64,000 bases of DNA, from NCBI GenBank assembly GCA_050246755.1, contig JBFWVL010000006.1, positions 32,001 through 96,000 of the forward strand, read 5' to 3'. The notes below the pieces were generated by a model. That model saw only the letters and a list, made by a program, of their open reading frames with translations, made no database searches and was not told where the DNA came from. The stretch comes from Bacteriovoracia bacterium (GTDB lineage Bacteria > Bdellovibrionota > UBA1018 > CAIPTA01). The translations under genes were made by a program, and so were the position numbers. The first letter of the stretch is position 1. The number at the start of each line of letters is the position of its first letter. This document shows positions 57,042-64,000 of the stretch, one piece after another.

Positions 57042-58536
57042 TGGCCGGCCCATTGATCACGTTCCCCATTTTATCAAAGCGAGAGCCATGGCAAGGGCAG
57101 TCCCAGGTTTTCTCCGCTGAATTCCATCGCACTATTCCATTTAGGTGGGGGCAAACGGCCGAGTACCGGTGGATTCGCCCGAAGGAGTCTTTATAGACGG
57201 CGATCTTTTGTAGGCCTTCTCGAATTACGGCGCCCTCGCATTTAGGAATGTCTTGCGGGGAAGAAACGTCTCCGCCGTCGATCCAATCGGAATAGGGGAC
57301 AGTGGACTGCATCGTTTCCTTCACGAAAGTATTCAGGCTTAGCAGTGAAACGCGAGAGGGATCATAGAGTTTCGCCCACGGGTTTGGCTTTCCTTTGATT
57401 AGATCCGTGAGCAAGATGCCGGCGATTGTACCGTGGGTCAGGCCGTGGCCGGAGTCTCCCGTCACGATAAACACATTTTCCTCGTCGTGAGGATTACGTC
57501 CGATGAAGGCCAAGCCGTCGTGAGGCTCCATCACCTGGCCTGACCAAGAATACGCAATCGGCGCATGCACGCCGAGGCGTTCGGCGGCCCAGCGGCGAAG
57601 CTTTTCGTAGTGGTCCACGGCTTCGCCGTCCTGGCCGGTGCGATGGTCCTCGCCTCCCACGATGAGGATCTCGCCTTCCGGATCTTTGGCCCAGCGCACG
57701 TAGTGGTAGGGATCCGAGTTGTCCCAGTAGAGGCCCAGCGCGGGAGATTTTCTGGAAGGTACCCGCAGGCCCACGCAGTAGGTTCGATATGCCGCCATTT
57801 TGGTGTGCATGGTTACGCGATCGTTGAAGGGAACGTTGGCGGCCACTACCACCGCTGCGCTCACTACTTGAAAGCCGCGGTCAGTAGTCACCCGCGCGGG
57901 CCGGCCCCCTTCCACGGATTTCACCTCTGTATGGGTGAAAATTTTTCCGCCTTTCGCCTGCACGGCGAGGGCGAGGGCGTTGAGGTAGCGCAGCGGATGA
58001 AACTGCGCCTGGCGCGGGAAGGCCACGCAGATCCCGGTTTCAAATATTTCTCCGGGCGCATTCTCGATCAGCTCGGCATCGCTCAAGGGAGTTTCTTTGG
58101 TGAGCTCGTATTCGCTGATGAGTTCCTGCCGGCTGGAATCGGCTCCAAGAAATAAATAGCCTTTCACGCGTTCGAAGGAGCAATCAATCTTTTCTTTTTT
58201 TACGATCCTTTCGATTTCGTCGATGGCCGCCGCGTGGCTTTCTATCGCAAGCGAGAGGCCTTTTTTTCCGTGCAGTCGTTTGAGGCGAGCGAAACCGTCG
58301 TCGAGGGCGCTCGCGAGGTGAGCGGAAGTAAGGCCGGTCTCTCCCTGCCCGATGCTTTCTCGATCGAGCACCACTACGCTTTTGCCGGCTTCGAGCAGGC
58401 GATACGCCGTGCTGAGGCCGGCGATTCCCGCCCCGATTATGCACACGTCGCAGTGGTGGTGAGCGTTCAAGGAAGGAAAGAGAGGATGCTCTATTTTTTG
58501 CCAGATGGATTGGCTGCCATGTTTATTTCTATCCAT
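56980..58536 (-). CDS. FAD-dependent oxidoreductase with C-terminal Rieske domain (YhfW-like)
   Basis: IGAGIAG, QFHP, GGEDH; CPHL...WDCPCHGSRF. Confidence 0.92.
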   Translation of the reverse strand: MDRNKHGSQSIWQKIEHPLFPSLNAHHHCDVCIIGAGIAGLSTAYRLLEAGKSVVVLDRESIGQGETGLTSAHLASALDDGFARLKRLHGKKGLSLAIESHAAAIDEIERIVKKEKIDCSFERVKGYLFLGADSSRQELISEYELTKETPLSDAELIENAPGEIFETGICVAFPRQAQFHPLRYLNALALAVQAKGGKIFTHTEVKSVEGGRPARVTTDRGFQVVSAAVVVAANVPFNDRVTMHTKMAAYRTYCVGLRVPSRKSPALGLYWDNSDPYHYVRWAKDPEGEILIVGGEDHRTGQDGEAVDHYEKLRRWAAERLGVHAPIAYSWSGQVMEPHDGLAFIGRNPHDEENVFIVTGDSGHGLTHGTIAGILLTDLIKGKPNPWAKLYDPSRVSLLSLNTFVKETMQSTVPYSDWIDGGDVSSPQDIPKCEGAVIREGLQKIAVYKDSFGRIHRYSAVCPHLNGIVRWNSAEKTWDCPCHGSRFDKMGNVINGPATIGLLEIADSSIQEGESASA

Positions 58537-58545
58537 AATTCCCCT

Positions 58546-59007
58546 TTATTGACGAAGCATAGCTAGGACCGTCGAGGTGGATGCCGATTCCCGCTTTGCG
58601 AAACGTTTGCTTTGCACCGGCAGGCCGCTAAAATTTTCGCGGAGGAATTTACGGATTTCCTCATTTCGTAGTTCCGCCAAGGCGATGGCCTCCGCGCTGG
58701 GTTTTTCGAGCTCCGCCCAGTTCACCACTTCAAATTTTTCGATCTTTTCTTTTCCGCCGGCTTCTTCCACGAGCGCGAGAAGACGCTCCTTGTTTTCCGG
58801 GCTGAGCTTAATTTGTGCTGGCGCGAAAAAGAAATCGGTGGCCAGGGTATTTTCCGGATTCGCTGAGTAATTTTCCGTCTCCGAAACGGCACTTACTTTG
58901 GGCAGCTCCTTTTTTTGTGGGCAGGCGCTGAGCAGCAGGATGGGCGCCAGAGAAAGAAGAAAGGGTAAAAGATAGGCTACTAGCCTAGTGTGATTTTGTT
59001 TGATCAT
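58546..59007 (-). CDS. Hypothetical lipoprotein
   Basis: GGAGGA RBS; lipobox LSAC. Confidence 0.65.
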   Translation of the reverse strand: MIKQNHTRLVAYLLPFLLSLAPILLLSACPQKKELPKVSAVSETENYSANPENTLATDFFFAPAQIKLSPENKERLLALVEEAGGKEKIEKFEVVNWAELEKPSAEAIALAELRNEEIRKFLRENFSGLPVQSKRFAKRESASTSTVLAMLRQ

Positions 59008-59044
59008 CCTTCCTCCTTTGGCTGGTAAACCAGTGAAGGAAGGT

Positions 59045-59060
59045 AGCAAAGCTCAGGCCA
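59045..59060 (-). promoter_or_regulatory. Sigma54-type promoter
   Basis: Minus strand TGGCCTGAGCTTTGCT, GG-N10-GC. Confidence 0.6.
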
Positions 59061-59125
59061 GCAGGAGGCGGGGAGTAATGTCCCAAAGAAAGGCCTAAGC
59101 GTGGCCTTTCTTTGGGGCTAAGAAT

Positions 59126-59722
59126 CTAATTGGTGATGCGTACACGCGTATTCGCGCGTCCATATTTACTGACCAGGCGAAAAAGGCGGTCCGCATTCGT
59201 TGGGTGCTGGCGAATGCAGCCGCCGGAATCACGGCGTCCCAGCATCCGGATATGGTCGCCGTAGGTGGCGTGAAGGGCGATTCCGCCCACGATGAAAATC
59301 GCCCGGTCCATGCGCGCCTCCCAAGAGCGCGAGGTATAGGTATAGTGCAGGCTTTTAGGAGAAAAAACTCCACTGGGAGTATGGGCAGTATAGCAGCGGC
59401 CATTCGGGGGGCAGCGTACCGTTTCGGAGCCGGTGGAAACAGCCCAGTCGCCGAAGAGCTGGCCATTTTCCCAGACCCAGAGGTGCTGGCGGGATTTATC
59501 TACGAGTACGTAGACGGCGGCATCGCGGGGGTCTTTCAGGCCGATAGTGAAATCAATGTTGATGGAGTCGTCGAGGCGAACGCCTTCTCGGAGCATTTCT
59601 CCGTAGATTTCCGCGGGGCTGGCGATATCACCGAGCTCTGCTTCGCCGGAAGCAAAGGTCTCTGCAGCCAAGGCGGCGTGAATGGGCAACGCAAACAATA
59701 GAAACGCTAGAATCAGTTTCAT
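59126..59722 (-). CDS. L,D-transpeptidase (YkuD family)
   Basis: Signal peptide; VSTG, TPSG, IALH...LGRRDSGGCIR. Confidence 0.88.
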   Translation of the reverse strand: MKLILAFLLFALPIHAALAAETFASGEAELGDIASPAEIYGEMLREGVRLDDSINIDFTIGLKDPRDAAVYVLVDKSRQHLWVWENGQLFGDWAVSTGSETVRCPPNGRCYTAHTPSGVFSPKSLHYTYTSRSWEARMDRAIFIVGGIALHATYGDHIRMLGRRDSGGCIRQHPTNADRLFRLVSKYGRANTRVRITN

Positions 59723-59850
59723 GATTTTCTCCTCGGGTTTTTCCTTGCGGCTCTCAGCGCGCGGCCGAAACATAGCAAAGCCCGGGTACGCTTACAATAA
59801 AGCATCTGCCGCGAGGCGTTTTGGTAAATAGGCGCTCTGCGTCATTTTTT

Positions 59851-61029
59851 TTATTTGGGAAATACCGAACTAGATTTTGCGCGGAGGAGCGTGGCCCGCT
59901 TCACATCGCCTTTTTCCTCTAGCTCTACGTTGTCCCAGAGATCGCCGCGAGCGCATTCCAGTACAAACTCATTCTCGGCATGAGCCTTCGAGCGTTGCAC
60001 GCGGGCGGCTCGTTTTCCGTCTGGAAGGCAAATTCGGCATTCTACTTGGCCTTTTCGCTCCATCCGCTGGCTCACGATTCGCCCCGTGCTTCGCGGGGGA
60101 GAAGGGGAAGCAGTTGCCGAAATGAGAACGTAAGAAAAAAGCAGGGCCTCTTTTCTTAGCCCTACGGAAGCCCCTACTTCGTTCACCCATTCCGGAAATT
60201 CGCAGCTCGCTTCTTCGTGGCACCAATCTCTGGCTTCTTTCAAGGCTCCGCAGGGCCGCGCATCTAAGCAAGGTAGGAGAACCCGCCCGAGCCCTTCGCT
60301 TTGTAAGGCATCCTTCAGCTCCGCCAATTCCCGCGAGCTTTCGCGGGACCCCGGCTCGATGAGGACCAAAAATCTTTCTTTTCCGTCGGCTTCGCTGAAT
60401 GCGCGAAGAGCGTTGAGCGCATTCGCCATGGCTTTTTTCCGTGCACCAAAATCTGGATACACCTCCGCCAGAGAGTTCACGAAACTAAGGTGAGTGGGTT
60501 TATTTTTGCGCAATAAGCTCTCCCAGTTTTCCCCTTTCGCGGCGGGCGCCTGAAACCGCGCCGTGAATCCGAACGGTTTTGCGCGAGTGAGATTGGCGGC
60601 AATCTCGCTGAACAGGGGTGACTGATCCCAGCCATGAAAGGAAAACTTCTTACTCCGCTGGGCGCACCACCAGGCGGCGCCCCAGAATGCCGTGCCTGGA
60701 CCCGTTCCCACGTCGAGCCACTGTGCTTCTTCCTGTGGCAGCGGATCCTGGCCAAGGAGAAACGCTTCCTCGAGCACCACCGCAACCTTTAAGGCATTGG
60801 CCGGTAAATAATAGGCGGCATAGGCCTCGGCTTCCTCACGGCGAAAAGAATAATGCGTCTCGTGTTCGGGAACAATCCCGCGGCCCTTCGCGAGTCTCGG
60901 CCAGAGGCTTTTCAAGCCCGCGCTGCGCTTGGCGATCGCCTGGGGGGTGGGGATGCCTTGCCAAAGTGCGCGGGTTAAAGCCTCTTCGAGGTCCGGCGGA
61001 AAACGAAAGGATTCCCGTAAAAAAAACAT
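59851..61029 (-). CDS. Rsm22-family SAM-dependent methyltransferase
   Basis: AYAAYYLP, LDVGTGPGTA, LIEPG, PC...C...WCH, FSY. Confidence 0.8.
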   Translation of the reverse strand: MFFLRESFRFPPDLEEALTRALWQGIPTPQAIAKRSAGLKSLWPRLAKGRGIVPEHETHYSFRREEAEAYAAYYLPANALKVAVVLEEAFLLGQDPLPQEEAQWLDVGTGPGTAFWGAAWWCAQRSKKFSFHGWDQSPLFSEIAANLTRAKPFGFTARFQAPAAKGENWESLLRKNKPTHLSFVNSLAEVYPDFGARKKAMANALNALRAFSEADGKERFLVLIEPGSRESSRELAELKDALQSEGLGRVLLPCLDARPCGALKEARDWCHEEASCEFPEWVNEVGASVGLRKEALLFSYVLISATASPSPPRSTGRIVSQRMERKGQVECRICLPDGKRAARVQRSKAHAENEFVLECARGDLWDNVELEEKGDVKRATLLRAKSSSVFPK

Positions 61030-61030
61030 C

Positions 61031-62464
61031 TTAGCCTTCCTTGGGGAAGGAGCAGATAAATTCCGTGCCGTGCGGCGAAGCGGTTTGAACCCTCACTTTT
61101 CCGCCGTGTCTTTGCACGATGTGTTTCACGATGGCGAGGCCGAGGCCGGTGCCGCCTTGGTCGCGGGTACGCGCCGTATCGATCCGGTAGAAGCGCTCAA
61201 AAATCCGCGGTTGGTGCTCGGGAGCAATTCCGGGGCCGCTATCCACCACGTGTAGCCGAACTTCCTGGCTTTCATTTTCCCAGCGCACCAGAATTTTTCC
61301 TCCGCCGGGAACATACTTGATCGCGTTTTCCAGCAAATTGAACAGTACCTGTTCTAGGCGCTTCCGATCGGCGAATAATTCCTTGGCGCCAAATTGCGTT
61401 TCGATGCGGTGGCCCTTTTTTTCGCGCAGAGACTCCAGCTGCTGGAGCACCGAGGCGGTAAGCTGCTCGAGGCCAATTTTTTCCCGGGATAGCTCGGTGC
61501 CGCTTTCGAGGGCAGAGAGGCTGAGCAAATCGCGCACGAGCTCGATGAGGCGGTCGGCGTTCCGTTCGATCGTAGCCGCCGCTTTTTGTTCCTGCTCTCT
61601 TCCTGCTAAATCGCCTTTCAAGGTTTCGGCGTATCCTTTGATCGAGGTGAGAGGGGTACTGAGTTCGTGCGATACGTTCGCCACGAAATCGATTCTCACT
61701 TGGTCCATCTGCTTGAGCTCGGTTACATCATGGAAAACACCCACCACGCCGTATAGCTCTTCGCCCGACATCTTGAGCGGTGCGAGAGACACGGAAAAAT
61801 TTCTCGCTAAATTCTCGCCCTTGGTACGCAGTTTCGTATCGAGGTAAAGAGGCGTGCCCCCGCTCAAGGTTTCGCGGAAAGAATCGAGCACGTCGGGATT
61901 GCGCAAAAAATCGGAGAGACGGCGGTTTTTCTGGCCGAGGTTGCCGAAGAGCACGGCGAAACGGGAATTATAAAAAAGCACGTTCCCGTTCCGGTCCACT
62001 GCCACCACCGCTTCGGTGATGGCGCTCATGATCGCCTGGATTTCGTCTCGTTCCTGACGGAGAATTTTTTCCTGGTTCTCGATACTGCGGCCGATCCGGT
62101 GGATGGCGCTCTCGAGGTGCGACCATTCATCTTCTTCGCCGTACTGGCGGCGGGGGGTTCCATCGCCCCGTTTCAGGATCAGGCGCGCTTTAATCAGGAT
62201 CTTTCCTAAGGGCAGAACCAGCTGGTATCCGGTCCACAGGCTGATGGCCGTTACGATCAGCGCCACGATGCCAGCAAGAATCAAAAAGGCGCGGTCATAG
62301 GCGGAGATCACTTCTGCGGCGGTGTGCAGAGAGGAAAATTTCTGAGCGAGGTAAATCCGGGTGAGGAGGCCGGCCACGAGCATGGCGGGAAAAAATCCGA
62401 GCAGCTGCTGCAGCAAAAAGCGGCGAAATAAATGCCGGGGAAAATGCGGTCGAAAAAGCTGCAT
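61031..62464 (-). CDS. phoR: Phosphate regulon sensor kinase PhoR
   Basis: PAS domain; DFVANVSHELSTPL, NAIKY, IFERFYR, GTGLGLAIVKH. Confidence 0.9.
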   Translation of the reverse strand: MQLFRPHFPRHLFRRFLLQQLLGFFPAMLVAGLLTRIYLAQKFSSLHTAAEVISAYDRAFLILAGIVALIVTAISLWTGYQLVLPLGKILIKARLILKRGDGTPRRQYGEEDEWSHLESAIHRIGRSIENQEKILRQERDEIQAIMSAITEAVVAVDRNGNVLFYNSRFAVLFGNLGQKNRRLSDFLRNPDVLDSFRETLSGGTPLYLDTKLRTKGENLARNFSVSLAPLKMSGEELYGVVGVFHDVTELKQMDQVRIDFVANVSHELSTPLTSIKGYAETLKGDLAGREQEQKAAATIERNADRLIELVRDLLSLSALESGTELSREKIGLEQLTASVLQQLESLREKKGHRIETQFGAKELFADRKRLEQVLFNLLENAIKYVPGGGKILVRWENESQEVRLHVVDSGPGIAPEHQPRIFERFYRIDTARTRDQGGTGLGLAIVKHIVQRHGGKVRVQTASPHGTEFICSFPKEG

Positions 62465-63159
62465 TAGCTCCTAGCCGAAACTCGGTAGCCCACGCCGCGC
62501 ACGGTTTCGATCAATTCCCCGCATTCGCCCAGTTTTTTTCGCAGGCCAAATACATGGGTGTCGATCGCTCGCTCCACCACGGCCACATCGCCCTGAACTT
62601 CGGCGATGAGCTGATCGCGCGTGAGCACGCGGCCTTTATTTTGCACTAAAGCGGTAAGCAGTTTGAACTCATAGGGAGTGAGCGAAATGATCTGGCCTTC
62701 GAGGCGGGCCTCATGGGCAGATTCGTCGATCACCAGGGGGCCAAGCTCGAGGCGCTTGCTTGCTTCGCGGGTTTCTGTGCGGCGTAAAAGGGCGCGGGCG
62801 CGGGCGGTGAGCACGGAGAGCTCAAACGGTTTCACCAGGTAATCATCGGCGCCCGCTTCCAGGCCCAAAATTAAATCCGCGTTCGTGGCCTTCGCGGTAA
62901 CCATCAGGATCGCCAGCGAATTATGATCGGAAATTTTTCTCAGCTCGCGAATCACTTCCAGGCCGCTCAGCTCGGGCAGCATCCAGTCCAGAACGGCGAG
63001 ATTGAATTTCTCATTTTTCAGGAGATGGAGGGCTTCCCGGCCATTGGTGCAACTCTGCACTTCATGGCCCTCGCGGCTGAGGTGCATCACGATAAGATTG
63101 CGGATATCTTCTTCGTCTTCCACTACCAGCACACGGCTACGTCGCGCGTTGTTTGTCAT
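62464..63159 (-). CDS. phoB: OmpR/PhoB-family response regulator
   Basis: VEDE, LDWMLP, GADDYLVKPF, ETVRGVGY; between phoU and phoR. Confidence 0.88.
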   Translation of the reverse strand: MTNNARRSRVLVVEDEEDIRNLIVMHLSREGHEVQSCTNGREALHLLKNEKFNLAVLDWMLPELSGLEVIRELRKISDHNSLAILMVTAKATNADLILGLEAGADDYLVKPFELSVLTARARALLRRTETREASKRLELGPLVIDESAHEARLEGQIISLTPYEFKLLTALVQNKGRVLTRDQLIAEVQGDVAVVERAIDTHVFGLRKKLGECGELIETVRGVGYRVSARS

Positions 63160-63168
63160 AAGAGAATC

Positions 63169-63840
63169 CTAGGTTTCGGTCTTCGGCCTGCCGCCGTGGC
63201 GGATATCATCGCCGGTCACGGCGAAGATCACATCCTCGGCGATATTCGTGGCGTGGTCGCCCAGCCTTTCTAGGTTGCGGGCGATCAAAATCAAATCGAG
63301 CGCTTGCTTGGCGATATCCGGTTTGGCTTGAATACGCGTGATCAAGTCATGGAAAACTTTGTCCTTCAAATTATCCACGGTGTCGTCCATTAACAGAACT
63401 TTCTGCGCGAGCTCACGGTCCCGATTCACGAAAGAGTCGAGAGACTCGCGTACCATCGCCCGTACTTCGGTGGCCATCACGGGAATATCAATGAGATCTT
63501 TCACTGGCTCACCTTCCAGATAATCTTTGGTATTGTAGGCGATGTTCACCGCCTGATCGCCCATGCGCTCCAGGTCGGTCGAGATTTTCAGTACAGCAAT
63601 TACAAGTCTTAAATCGGCGGCCAGTGGCGATTGCCGGGCGAGCAATTGCAGACAAGCTTCGTCCACTTCCATATGCTCCCGATTAATTTTTGCTTCGAGA
63701 TCGTGCACCTGTTTGAGCAGTTCTGGCTGCCTTTGGATCAATGCTTGAGTGGCTGCTTCTACTGCCAGCTCCACATGACCACCCATGGCAAGAATTTGTT
63801 CTTTGAGATTTTTCAGTTCGTGTTCGAAATGCCTTTGCAT
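63169..63840 (-). CDS. phoU: Phosphate signalling protein PhoU
   Basis: DLERMGDQA and NLERLGDHATNIAE. Confidence 0.95.
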   Translation of the reverse strand: MQRHFEHELKNLKEQILAMGGHVELAVEAATQALIQRQPELLKQVHDLEAKINREHMEVDEACLQLLARQSPLAADLRLVIAVLKISTDLERMGDQAVNIAYNTKDYLEGEPVKDLIDIPVMATEVRAMVRESLDSFVNRDRELAQKVLLMDDTVDNLKDKVFHDLITRIQAKPDIAKQALDLILIARNLERLGDHATNIAEDVIFAVTGDDIRHGGRPKTET

Positions 63841-64000
63841 GCATAATGCTTACCTTTTTCCCGCAAAAAATTCTCTTTATCTTTGCGTTAGGATAGTGCG
63901 AAAATTTTCTATTGCTGCGCGCCAAGTTTGAATAAATTTTTTTCTTGGGGCTTGGGCTAAGTGCACCCATACTATTTCTGACACGGAAATTTGTACGGGA

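Overview
Bacterial DNA whose gene content resembles Bdellovibrionota/Oligoflexia (inference). Positions 1 to ~20.9 kb look like the right part of an integrative conjugative element (ICE). It has a VirB2/3/4/5/6/8/9/10-like T4SS operon, an FtsK-type coupling ATPase, a Replic_Relax/MOBC-like relaxase, a candidate oriT, an XRE regulator, an excisionase and a tyrosine integrase. Divergent from the transfer operon is a compact operon: stand-alone YcaO, a secreted 100-aa peptide ending in SEPSCWTAPF, an orphan OppA-like binding protein, a histidine kinase and a sigma54 response regulator. It has a canonical sigma54 promoter, and the intergenic region it shares with the tra genes holds five TTCAG-N5-CTGAA palindromes and an IHF site. 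This is my top candidate for an undescribed system: a YcaO-modified-peptide quorum-sensing circuit controlling ICE transfer. Five genes in the transfer region appear to start at non-canonical ATT/ATA/CTG codons behind strong RBSs. 21-31 kb is accessory DNA (TetR-RND-TolC, oxidoreductases, a secreted IucA/IucC-like protein). 31-64 kb is host-like: hrpB, a zinc uptake operon, a transglutaminase next to a Gln/Lys-repeat lipoprotein, pstSCAB and phoU-phoB-phoR. I found no rRNA, complete tRNA or CRISPR array. All product calls come from motif recognition by eye, with no database searches.
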